The notes under the pieces were generated by a model. It was not told the origin of the DNA, did no database searches, and saw only the letters and a list, made by a program, of their open reading frames with translations. A stretch of DNA of 43,262 nt from Macrostomum lignano. Lineage: Eukaryota. The DNA lies in NCBI GenBank assembly GCA_002269645.1, contig NIVC01004527.1, forward strand, positions 1 to 43,262. Reading direction: 5' to 3'. The position numbers were made by a program, and so were the translations under genes. This document shows, one piece after another, positions 12,160 to 23,426 of the stretch (the first letter of the stretch is position 1; each line of letters starts with the position of its first letter).

Positions 12160-13339
12160 TCTTTGCGTGGATTCTACTCAGGCTAAAGACTTTCTGAGTG
12201 ACCCTCGCATAGTGCAGTACAGTGAGCAAAAAGTCACTTGGCATCAATCCTATTTAACACAGGTTATTTCGAATCAAGCTACAGGTACGAGTACTGAAGC
12301 TGTGACATTTAAAAGTCCAGATCGAGAAGCAAACAGCAAATTTTCTCTGTGGTTGATGTACCAGCTCAAGTCGAGAAATTTTGAGCAAATAATCAACGTA
12401 GAGTAGTAGTTCGAAGAACAAATGTACGAGTAGTTTTGTAGTCTAAACTTTTTTTGTAACTCCGTCACGACGAATAGAGGTTTTACAGACAGTAGTAAAC
12501 AACATCAAATGTAGCTCGTAGCATGATGCTGGATGCTGGACTTTCTGCATCTCCGGGGTTTCACCACAGACAAACAAAGGCGAGAAAAGTCATAATAGAG
12601 AAAAAGTACACTATAGAGATAGGGACAAACTGAAATTTTGAGGCCATGTTTTGTTTGTTTGCCCGTCTCCCCTTAGCATTTGTTTGCATTTGTTTGCTAA
12701 CATACTTGCTTGATTCGCAATTTGTAAGTAAACAATTGCTTAATTTTATGTAAGAATTAATAAATATTGAGTTTCCTATCTTCTTAGTGTATTTTGCAGC
12801 TATAGAGCCACCTCCAGTAAGATCTGTCAATGTACTTTTCCTGTCCAAGAGCGGCTAACCGTGGCTGATTCTGCCTAACCTGCAGGACTAGAGACTCCCG
12901 CTAATTAGCTAGGAAAAAGTACTGAGGACAAACACAAGCTCCCAGCCTAGCAGACACAACTGGGGAGTGTCAACCAAAAGAATTTTGCTTCTGTGAGGAA
13001 AAGTCCATAGAAAGAATTTTTTGTCTCCTCCGACAACAAACTGTTGCCTTGGCTGCAGGTGCAGTTGCATTAAGGATCTGCGAACCAATCTAAATTGCAG
13101 GGGGCCACGTGAGGCATTTATTAAGTATTCATCCAATTATAAAATTGCCAGACCCACCGCCCTTGAAGATCCACCCAGGTTCTGACACGTGCACTGCACA
13201 ACTGAGAAAAATCTCATTAACTATACCAGCTAACAAAGCTTAAAAACTGCCACACTGGCTAGAAGGAAATCTTCATTGCAATTGGACATTGGCAGTACAG
13301 TGAAAGCTATCATCTGATCCTCCCAAAATCAGGAAAAAC

Positions 13340-13400
13340 ATGCTTGGCTTCAGGTTCCTGTGCAACTTTCTATTGACTGTGACGGTGCTTATGCTTCTGG
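13340..13400 (+). CDS. Candidate signal-peptide exon (alternative first exon or orphan)
   Basis: ATG...MLGFRFLCNFLLTVTVLMLLG, 61 nt, ending in a phase-1 GTGAGT donor at 13401; hydrophobic, signal-peptide-like. Confidence 0.45.
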
Positions 13401-14487
13401 GTGAGTCTTGAATCATTACAGAATTAAGACTGTGAATGTCCTGACGTTGTTGCTCGCGGCAACTCGAAGTGTTGGCTACATAAACATGGTAGGTTCTGGT
13501 AAGTTGGCTAGTTAAGCGCCAGCTGTACAGGAATACGTGCTAAGGTGCTGAGTTGACAAGGCTCACGGGGAATTGCTGAAATGCTGCATCAAGCATTTCT
13601 TTGCATAATTTCTTTGCTGCCTCCCCAACGGGGGGGCGGAGATTGCCAGCACCTTTGCTAAAGTGTTGCATATTCATTATTTTTGCATTCCACGATCATA
13701 AACGACCATTCAACCGTTTGTCTGTCACTTTTTGCAGCTTTTAACAGACATTTTTAGTATATAGGATTGTTGGCTTGTAATTGCAATAAATACAGTATTG
13801 CTTCGCGTGTATTGCATTTTAATGATTAAATATACTGTTAAATGCAGGCGGCATCTTCTAGTGGCAATGACAGTCCTACTACTCTTCTTTCAACAAATAC
13901 GAGAGTATGCGTAAATAATATAATATAAGCCTTTGACAGCTTTGGCTGGGGCCATGGACCACTACATGTAGAACTGGATTGTAAAAACAGTAACCCATGA
14001 AAATACCGAATTTATAGTAGCCACTGCGAGTAGGCATGCGATTGAAGTTTTCAAGGATCTTTATCAGTCATTTTCAATAACCAAATATTAACATTCAAGC
14101 ATGTAGATGTTGAATTGTGACCCTCCATGAGTCCAAGAAGAGGTTGAGCAATTATTAACACACAGAGACTGCGCCTTGGATATTTGGATGAGGCGAAACT
14201 GACAGCAATTAGCTGTCTGTCAAAGAAGACTGAACCGTTGCTTGCTTGGGAAATTGCTAGTACTCAAGTATGGATCCAGGGTGCGCCGAAATACCATACT
14301 GTATTTGAGTGAGTAGTTGGCAGTTCCAATCCAAGTGTAATAAAAGAGCTCTCATCATAAGAGCTGATGCAAATGCAAACTCACAACCATCGGCTCGACT
14401 GTTCCTACTTAAAGGAAATCAATGAAGGCACGAGCTACGCATGTTTCACTTCTTCCACTTTCAACTACGGAGCCAAGCGACCAATTT

Positions 14488-15966
14488 ATGAAGCTCTTCG
14501 GTGGGCTTGTTTTGACTCCCAGCATTGTGCTGATTTTATTCCTAGCTGCCGTGGCAGGTGAGTCAACTCAAACTCCAGTCTCGATCAGTGCTACAACTGT
14601 CTTAAGAGTAGGAAACGTCGCCCACCCATCCCTGTAGGTCAGAACATCTCATGCAGCACCTTCGTGCTCATGGCATACGGTCCCTACTCCAACCGTTTCA
14701 TGACCTACGGCTCGGACTCTACCGTGTTCATTTCCGAGTCGGCAAGTGACACGCCATTGCAGATGCAGTTCGAGCGAGCACTGGACGGAACGGCCGACGC
14801 TGTGTCCATCGTTGATGCTTTGCGACCGAACTTCTACCTGGCCATGGGAGACAGTTGGCTCTACTTGGCCAGATACGACAGCGCGGTCGGATTCCAGAAA
14901 TCGGCGAGCTTCAGAATCGAGGCAGCTGCGGAGTTCTGCAACCACTGGCGCATCGCTCCGCTGAAGTATTCGGGGCAGAAACTGTGGCATTGGCACTTCA
15001 TTCTGACGAAGTCCACCTGGACCGATGATGCCATACTCAGGTCCGATTCGGCCTTTGCATTTCACTGCGTCAACTGTGAGTTTTCATATCTGATAACATT
15101 TTCTGTCTACACATATATGGCTTTTTTAAGTTAAGCTGGATTGTGCACCCTTTTTTAATTAGAGGCAGGGGGCTTTGTGCACCCTGGCGCACTTTAAGCG
15201 ACATTGTCGCACAACCGGCGAGAGGCATTACTGCCCATTCAGCAGGCACACAAGCGCGCAGATACGTACGCAGTCATACGCACAGGCACACACTCACACA
15301 GGAGTGTACAGCGGCCCTAACTTTATTTATCGTTAGACATGTACACTTCACTGTGCCTTGGGGGTTGGCTTTCAAGGCCGTTAATTGCACGAGCAGAGGC
15401 AAGCCGAGATTCCAATTCAGCCCCAAATTAATGTGACTGCACTTGGAATCGAGCCTGGACAAATAGCGCAAGATCACTAGGCTTATCTGAAGGTCAGAAA
15501 AAATAACGTCAGCATCTCTTTGCAGTCACTGAAATGTGTCAAAGTCGGCGGATGCGTTTGAAAACAGCTGATGACAAGTTCGTCTCGTGCCCAAGTGGAG
15601 AGTGCTGTTTCCTATCGCCTGAAATATTCGCCACGGTATTCACTGAGCAGCCCGGCTTGATCAAAGTGCCGCACTCCGTGTCTCTGAGGTTGGCAGAAAG
15701 CCCCAGCTACTTTCTGTTTATGGATTCGAAATGTCTCAGCCTAGCTGAGCTGAGAGCCGGCGATGCAGCGTTCAACATCAACGCTACTCTGCGATTCACC
15801 TACTCAGCCTCCGGAGACGAGTGCAGCGGTCGCCGCCTGCTGCTGCCGGGTCTGAGCGGCACCGGGATCGGCCGTGACGTCAGCTTGGGATCGAAAATTG
15901 CATCGTTCATTTGGGATCCGAGTCGATATGCCAGTTATTTAGTGCTCAGCCCTGCATGTTTACCGG
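14488..15966 (+). CDS. Spliced gene for a secreted protein with AbfB/CBM42-like beta-trefoil repeats (exons 14488-14557, 14638-15075, 15526-15966)
   Basis: All junctions are GT-AG and phase 1, giving one open frame: signal peptide MKLFGGLVLTPSIVLILFLAAVAG, then repeats such as ALDGTADAVSIVDALRPNFYL...FQKSASF and PGLIKVPHSVSLRLAESPSYFL...FNINAT. These resemble the GL..(x)..VS(F/L)...P.YYL...F...ATF pattern of AbfB domains. The domain call is from motif recall, not a search. Confidence 0.65.
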
Positions 15967-16916
15967 GTGAGCTGTTCTTTTTGAAAGTTAGTCATATGAG
16001 CTTGTCGTAAAATCCAGAACCCTAGTTTTGACGTCATAAAAATCTCTGGTAAGTACAGGTAATGTACTTTTAATGAAGTTTAGTAAATAGCTGTTTTCTG
16101 TATTTACAGTTGAGACTTTTCCGGTTTCTAAAAGAGCATTCGTACACTGCTGATTTGCTTTGATTTGTCCAACTCTGTCACTGATTAAAACAAGTATTAA
16201 ATATATGGCATAAACTATAGCGGTGATGAAAGCAGTATTGTATCTGAAATCATTCCGTATTTCATAGATCCAATTGCTATTAAGTATTGTACTTTGAAGC
16301 AGTCAGTGTCTGTTATGGCGCACAGAGGCCGCAAAGAACTTAAGTAAATCGCGTTAGGTTACTAAGAGCTCTGCTGGGCGCTCTGATTTTATTTCAAAGA
16401 TTAAGATTGAGGAGAATTACCACAGCACGGCTCAGAAAGTACAATAATCACCACATATAGTCTTCATACAAGAAGGACTTACTCATACAAAGCAAAAGTG
16501 ACGAGACAATCCTATGAACATCTGAATGGCGATCCAAGCACAAGTCAAGCAATGCTGCTTGTTTCATTGTGCTGAGCTTCCTCCACACTGAAAGAAAAGT
16601 CTGGAAGCAAGAGAGCCTGACTAAGCATACTAGACTAAGAGAAAAACTTTCTCAATTTCCGGTTTGTTAAGTCAGACATTTATGATTCTAGTCTCAACAT
16701 TCAGGAGAAATATTGTAATAGAGTATAAGCCTGTATTCATGAGTCCTACGCTTGGTGCTGAGCCGTATCGGTACTGTCAACCTCTTCGTGAGGCCTCACC
16801 AAGTTTTCGGCGAGTGTCTCTTGTTAGCTAAAAATCCCTTGCAGCATCGTTTTTTGCACTAGCTAGGATGGTAAGAAGTTGGTTGGAAAGAGAGCGGAAC
16901 TTCTCATTGAAGGCTT

Positions 16917-18464
16917 GTCACTTGCTCATTGATCCTGGTCTATTGGTCATTTGCTCATTGATCCTGGTCTATTGGTCATTTGCTCATTGATCCTGGTCTA
17001 TTGGTCATTTGCTCATTGATCCTGGTCTATTGGTCATTTGCTCATTGATCCTGGTCTATTGGTCATTTGCTCATTGATCCTGGTCTATTGGTCATTTGCT
17101 CATTGATCCTGGTCTATTGGTCATTTGCTCATTGATCCTGGTCTATTGGTCATTTGCTCATTGATCCTGGTCTATTGGTCATTTGCTCATTGATCCTGGT
17201 CTATTGGTCATTTTCTCATTGATCCAGGTCCATCCTGGTCTGTTGGTCACTTGCTCATTGATCCTGGTCTATTGGTCCCTGGATCATTGATCCGGGTCTG
17301 TTGGTCACTTGCTCATTGATCCTGGTCTGTTGGTCACTTGCTCATTGATCCTGGTCTATTGGTGATATTTGCTCATTGATCCTGGTCTATTCTGGTCTGT
17401 TGGTCACTTGCTCATTGATCCTGGTCTATTGGTCATTTGCTCATTGATCCTGGTCCATCCTGGTCTGTTGGTCCCTTGCTCATTGATCCTGGTCTATTTG
17501 TCATTTGCTCATTGATTCTGGTCTATTGGTCCCTGGATCATTGATCCTGGTCTGTTGGTCACTTGCTCATTGATCCTGGTCTGTTGGTCACTTGCTCATT
17601 GATCCTGGTCTGTTGGTCACTTGCTCATTGATCCTGGTCTATTGGTCATTTGCTCATTAATCATGGTCTATTGGTCACTTGCTCATTGATCCTGGTCCAT
17701 CCTGGTCTGTTGGTCACTTGCTCATTGATCCTGGTCCATCCTGGTCTGTTGGTCACTTGCTCATTGATCCTGGTCCATCCTGGTCTGTTGGTCACTTGCT
17801 CATTGATCCTGGTCTATTGGTCATATTTGCTCATTGATCCTGGTCTATTCTGGTCTGTTGGTCACTTGCTCATTGATCCTGGTCTATTGGTCATATTTGC
17901 TCATTGATCCTGGTCCATCCTGGTCTATTGGTCACTTGCTCATTGATCCTGGTCCATCCTGGTCTGTTGGTCACTTGCTCATTGATCCTGGTCCATCCTG
18001 GTCTGTTGGTCACTTGCTCATTGATCCTGGTCTATTGGTCATATTTGCTCATTGATCCTGGTCTATTCTGGTCTGTTGGTCACTTGCTCATTGATCCTGG
18101 TCTATTGGTCATATTTGCTCATTGATCCTGGTCCATCCTGGTCTATTGGTCACTTGCTCATTGATCCTGGTCCATCCTGGTCTGTTGGTCACTTGCTCAT
18201 TGATCCTGGTCCATCCTGGTCTGTTGGTCACTTGCTCATTGATCCTGGTCTATTGGTCATATTTGCTCATTGATCCTGGTCTATTCTGGTCTGTTGGTCA
18301 CTTGCTCATTGATCCTGGTCTATTGGTCATATTTGCTCATTGATCCTGGTCCATCCTGGTCTATTGGTCACTTGCTCATTGATCCTGGTCCATCCTGGTC
18401 TGTTGGTCACTTGCTCATTGATCCTGGTCCATCCTGGACTGTTGGTCACTTGCTCATTGATCCT
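16917..18464. repeat. Satellite array: 29-bp monomer evolving into a 218-bp higher-order repeat
   Basis: TTGCTCATTGATCCTGGTCTATTGGTCAT repeats about 10 times (16922-~17210). 39-bp and 31-bp variants follow, arranged 39-31-39-39-39-31 = 218 bp. The ORF track confirms the period (17834/18052/18270 and 17904/18122/18340). Confidence 0.97.
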
Positions 18465-18669
18465 AGTCTTGAGTTCAGATTTTTCAGCTTTTACTACACA
18501 AACAAAAATGAAGCGAATAAAACAGACAATTCATGACACACTCGAGAGTTTATCTTTTGATAAGTGAAGTAGCTGAAACCAAACCTGCCATTATGTTTAA
18601 ATCTTTTTCAAATTTAATTTTATTTCGTTGAAAACAACTCTTCCAGACACAAACTTATGCCAATCACAG

Positions 18670-18990
18670 CGCCTGCTACTAAGAGTAGTCAACAGCGAGA
18701 GTATATAATTTGCCCACCGGATGTCTCCTGTCGACTGACGTTCGAGCAGGGCGCCACGGCATTCACTGTGCACACTGGGTTGAGCAGCCGGCCAAACTCT
18801 GTGAGCTTTCGATCAGCTGACAAGCCTCATTACTAACTCAGCATGAGCTCCAGCTGCCTCAGTTTAATGGCGTCTACGAGTACTACTGGCACTTCTGGGT
18901 TCAACATTAACGCCACTCTGCGACTCACCTTCACAGCATCCGGAGACCTGTGCAGCGGTCGCCGCTTCCTGCTTCCAAGGTACAGCGGCC
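18670..18990 (+). pseudogene. Paralogous AbfB-like exon with an in-frame stop
   Basis: Phase-1 acceptor CAG at 18667-18669. Translation APATKSSQQREYIICPPDVSC...GLSSRPNSVSFRSADKPHY*LSMSSSCLSL...FNINATLRLTFTASGDLCSGRRFLLP aligns with exon 15526-15966. TAA at 18834-18836; similarity ends near 18990. Confidence 0.7.
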
Positions 18991-19174
18991 TCATGACCAC
19001 CTCTAAGCTCAAGCTTGAACTATTTATTGTTTTAACGGTCAGATGAGATCTTTGCTGTTTACTTTACACTAGGCCTGCTCTGTGGGCCTCAGTGTAAAGT
19101 GTGTTAACCCCACCCCCTTACCCACCTCTCCTCCGCCCCCCCCCCTCCGCCGCATGCCGGGGGGTTCTTAAACC

Positions 19175-19420
19175 CAGTTCGACCGTCTCGGAGTTGTATA
19201 GCAGGACGCTATCGGCCACCGCCTGCCACAGCCGAGAGCCCTCTGGTGGTCGGGCAGCGCTTCGGACTTGACGAAGGCTCGGATCGAACGGAAGGCCGCC
19301 CAGGCAAGTCCTCTGCGCCGCCGGAGGTCTTCCTCCACGTGAGGCACCAGGCCGCCGAGGTAGGTGAACCGCTGGCCGCGTGCGAGCTTGGTCATCTGCC
19401 CGTCTGCGCCGCGGCACGTC
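19175..19420 (-). mobile_element. Non-LTR retrotransposon fragment (RTE-like, end of RT domain and downstream region)
   Basis: Minus strand FTYLGGLVPHVEEDLRRRRGLAWAAFRSIR, then a frameshift to LWQAVADSVLLYNSET, matching the F.YLG...R...AW.AF ... V.SVLLY..ETW pattern of RTE-type LINEs. Confidence 0.75.
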
Positions 19421-20125
19421 AGGTCCGTAGTACGAGTTATCCTAAACTTGCACGGGAATATTTAAAGAATTACAGATAAAATAAGAATCCTATTTCAGTA
19501 CTTGCTAAAATAATTTGCCAGCTGTGTAGCTGAAAAAAAACTGGACTTTATTTTGATTCAGCTAACGCAAAGAACACTAAAATTAAGGATTGTTGTATCG
19601 CGTCTTCACAATGCCGTAGATTTGATACTAGAAAAGTTTGCGGTTGTCAAGGACAAGGGAACAGGACAAATAATGAAAAACTCAAGTATCATTTCAATTA
19701 AGTGGCTGCCGGTTCTCACTTCTTATACCATCGAATGCGCTCTACACCGCTCGTAACTTTATATTTATAGTAAATAAGCGTATCTAACACATTAAAGCCA
19801 TCCAAAACGACCTCGCTAGCGCATTCGTCAAGCCGGACCGATTAAAAATAAAAACAGCAAAGCTTTGAGCGAGGTGAAACTGCTGTACGACAGGAGTGGG
19901 TTGAAAAAAAGCTGTACCAAAGTGATCTATTTCTGCGTAAGAAAATAAAGCGATGCAAAAGTACATTCCTCTTTCGATATACGTATCTAAATTTCTGTTT
20001 TTGTTTACCGGCGAAAGTTGACCGCCAGGTGGGTCCAGTTTGAAGCAATCCAGACTTAAGGGCTGGCCGAATCACTTCAGCCAGCAATAGCTGCATTCTT
20101 GTTTCGACGGTAAATTCGAGGATTC

Positions 20126-20231
20126 TTAGTAGTCCTTGGTGATGCAGCGACTGATGTCCGCAGAGCAGTCTCCGCTGTCAGTTCGTCGAGTGTTGCCTCT
20201 GGACATTGCAGCTGCCGATTTGGCTCTCACT

Positions 20232-20275
<44 letters not shown>

Positions 20276-20668
20276 TGGTGGCGGTGGAGGCGGCTGCGGT
20301 ATCATGTGCGTGACGCCGCTCACCTTCAGCAAGGAAGTGACGCGCAGCGAGGTGGCCCGCTGCTGCATCAACTCGCTGAACAAGCGCAGCGTCACGTGGT
20401 GATTCTTGGTCGGGTAGGAGTAGTCAACTATTACCCTGTCGCAGACCTTGTGTCCTGGATTCTTCGGGGGCAGCTTGGTCATGCGGAACCGGCAATAGCA
20501 ACTGTCCTGGATGGTCTCCAACCGCTTGTCCAAGATGCTTCCGTCTGGGTTGAACAGGTCTTTGGTGATCTCCTTGGGCACCATCAGGCTGGCCGAGGTC
20601 ACGCGAGGACACTGGGCTTCCTGCTCCCAAAAGCTGTCTCCAGCTTCTTTGGGCTTTGCGTTCTTCAT
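20126..20668 (-). CDS. Unidentified protein-coding exon/ORF with a poly-Pro/poly-Gln tract
   Basis: 180-codon ORF with strong G/C third-position bias. The frame is also open upstream to a TTTGCAG acceptor near 20705, so this may be an internal exon. No domain recognised. Confidence 0.5.
20232..20272. repeat. (CTG/CAG)n microsatellite encoding poly-Gln on the minus strand
   Basis: About 13 CTG units inside the 20126-20668 ORF. Confidence 0.95.
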
Positions 20669-21224
20669 CGCCGTTGAGGTATTAGTTGAAAAAGACCCGA
20701 GATCTCTGCAAACAGAGAAGCAACTAAAAGTGCAGGCGTCTCTGATTTGGGACAGCTAATATAATTTCTTGAGAAAGTCCGCCGAGCTCAAAGACAGTTT
20801 TTAACAAGATTTAGTGGAACAATAGTCACCAAAAAGTGTAAATGTTTTTGGTACGAATACTTAAAAGCCATAGACGATTTCTGCCATGTGAACTCATCTC
20901 TCTTAGTACGTACGAGAGACACTCTCCAGCTAGTGCTTGTACACTATAAAACAAGCTTTTGAAGAAACTTTTGGATACAAACTTAGACGCCCAAAGGTCT
21001 GACGCTTCACTGAACTCTTGACTTGACAGCTTTTCCTTATGACGATGACCGCTTGCCGCTGCTGCGCCACAGGGTCCAACGCTAATCTAAGAGTCGATTC
21101 AGGATGCTTACCCTGCTGTCCTGCTGTTTTCAAGATAATCCTTCAGTTTTATCTACATCCGTACTCGTAATCCATCGCTAGATCATCTTCAGCGAAAAGG
21201 GATACACACACACACCATCGCTGC

Positions 21225-21345
21225 ACCGGTCTCACCCGTCAAAGCGACCTGCTCAACCGTCGCCGACTCCAGCTGGCAAGACACTTCATCCGCACCGAGT
21301 CCTATTTACTGTCCACAGCTTGTGCAGGAGGGCTGCTACTGCTGT
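21225..21345 (+). mobile_element. Short RTE-like LINE fragment (post-RT region)
   Basis: TGLTRQSDLLNRRRLQLARHFIRTESY, then a frameshift to PQLVQEG; resembles the L..RRL..AGH..R motif C-terminal to RT in RTE-type elements. Confidence 0.5.
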
Positions 21346-21549
21346 TCGCGCGGGAGAGGACATGGGCCCAATCGGCGTTTCGTCGACTGCCTGTTGGCTG
21401 ATAATGATGTGTCGGTCTATAGTCTATAGTACTTGTTCGCCCTGTGACAGCGTTTTTAATTTTCAACTTCGTTGCTGCGGAATAAAGAACGCAAAATCAA
21501 CCAGGAATCTCCTACAACATCCATAATGTTTGAACCTAACAATCCTTGC

Positions 21550-22063
21550 AGAACAGACCAATCTGTAAAACAGACCACTCTCCAGCAAAGACCACACAAG
21601 AACAAACCATTCCAGAACTGACCATTCTCCAGAACCGACTATAGACCACTCCAGAACCGACCATTCTCCTTTCTCCAGAACAGACCACTCCAGAACAGAC
21701 CACTCCGGAACAGACCACTCCAGAACAGGCCACTCCAGAACAGGCCACTCCAGAACAGACCACTCCAGAACAGACCACTCCAGAACAGACCACTCCAGAA
21801 CAGGCCACTCCAGAACAGGCCACTCCAGAACAGACCACTCCAGAACAGGCCACTCCAGAACAGGCCACTCCAGAACAGACCACTCCAGAACAGGCCACTC
21901 CAGAACAGACCACTCCAGAACAGGCCACTCCAGAACAGACCACTCCAGAACAGGCCACTCTAGAACAGACCACTCCAGAACAGGCCACTCCAGAACAGAC
22001 CACTCCAGAACAGACCACTCCAGAACAGACCACTCCAGAACAAACCACTCCAGAACAGACCAT
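21550..22063. repeat. 15-bp minisatellite (CCACTCCAGAACAGA/G)
   Basis: About 26 near-perfect units at 21678-22063 with degenerate units to the left; two alternating variants (ACAGA vs ACAGG). Confidence 0.97.
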
Positions 22064-22892
22064 TGAAATTGCATATTATCTAAAATAATCATGGTACTTT
22101 TTTGAAACATAGTTTCCTTCAGAAAATTGTCTCTTCAAAGTCAGATGCTCAGTCAGACCTTGCGTAAAAGTATGTTATTCAGGGTTACACTTCAGAAAGT
22201 TCCATGAAGGTTTATTCGAACTTTCTGACATTTAATAATAAGTTGAATGGCTCTCCAAACTTTTTTGTTGACAACTTTTTGCAGAGCAAGAACTCATAGG
22301 ATTAATTTTTCTGAAAAAAATCAGCGATGCAAAGCCATGCTGTTGTGAGCTTTCAGACTGAACTGGCACAAGTACCCTTGAATTCGTCGTTCATCATTTT
22401 GAGCTAACAAGGCGAAGGAGTCTTCTGTGTTTCGAAATGTCCGTTCTAAAAGCATAGCACATTATAAAAGCACTTCAGCTACTATGCTCAAGCTAAGAGA
22501 CAGTGCCAATTCTACTTCATAAGGCTCAAATTGTGTCGCGGCATCCTGAAGTGCATCAATTACGCTCGTAGGCAGTTTTTATAGCTTGGAGATTTTCCTG
22601 TCTCTATGAGCGAGGCCTTGGAGCCTTTTTCAATGTTCCAACAGGTGTTAAAATTCATTAAGCATCAACTGCTAGCCGTAGCCAAATAAAATTTACGTGT
22701 CTGCTCACAAAAGCGGTTTGAGTCCTTTCTACACCCATTTCCGGTCCAATAGAGGGAACAGCGAAAGCGCACCATTTTACAATGGGTAGTGCATGTGCCC
22801 TTGTAGGGCTGTAGGTGAACGGTGGACTTTGGCGGTTGCCTGGGGGTTGGTGCTCGTCGCCGGTCTGGTTTGCTGCTATAGGCTTAGGCGGT

Positions 22893-23219
22893 GCCCCCTT
22901 CGTCTGCCCCATGCTCGCGTTTTGATTGGCTGCGGCCGGCCCTGGTCTGGCACTCGCGCTGCCCTGCCCCCGTTCGTCTGCCCCGTGCTCGCGTTTTGAT
23001 TGGCTGCGGCCGGCCCTGGTCTGGCACTCGCGCTGCCCTGCCCCCGTTCGTCTGCCCCATGCTCGCGTTTTGATTGGCTGCGGCCGGCCCTGGTCTGGCA
23101 CTCGCGCTGCCCTGCCCCCGTTCGTCTGCCCCGTGCTCGCGTTTTGATTGGCTGCGGCCGGCCCTGGTCTCGCACTCGCGCTGCCCTGCCCCCGTGTTTG
23201 TGTTTTGTTTTGATTGGCT
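22893..23219. repeat. 74-bp GC/CpG-rich minisatellite, about 4.4 copies, each with an inverted CCAAT box
   Basis: Unit CCCCCGTTCGTCTGCCCCRTGCTCGCGTTTTGATTGGCTGCGGCCGGCCCTGGTCTGGCACTCGCGCTGCCCTG starts at 22893, 22967, 23041 and 23115. Confidence 0.95.
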
Positions 23220-23426
23220 GCTGCTGGGATTGTTCTCTCGATCTTGAATTGTGCGCTGTTTTTGCGCCGCTCCCCCTTCCGACAGTCTATCGATCAGAAT
23301 TAGGTCTGTGTTTTGCATTTTTTATCGCTTCTGAGTTTTGACGCAAGAGCCTTCTCCGCGCCTCCACTGTTCTAGTTCAGCTCTGAGAGTCTTATCGCGT
23401 GAATTCGCTGAACAACAGCAACAGCA

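Larger units (their letters stand above)
10523..12207 (-). mobile_element. Tc1/mariner (mariner family) DNA transposon, decayed, carrying a nested insertion
   Basis: 30-bp TIRs at 10523-10552 (CGAGGTTCACTCAGAAAGTTCTTAGCCTGA) and 12178-12207 match at 27/30. TA on the left flank, CA on the right (mutated TA). Encloses a transposase remnant and the 11838-12159 insertion. Confidence 0.92.

Noticed and set aside
15568-15574. CTGATGA hammerhead core (also at 25073-25079)
   Set aside because: No stem II followed by GAAA in the right register; both lie in coding sequence.
17650-18567. Repetitive ORFs (LILVHPGLLVTCS...) and similar ORFs at 21463-22110, 22658-23341 and 26814-27402
   Set aside because: Translations of tandem repeats that lack stops by chance; no independent coding evidence.
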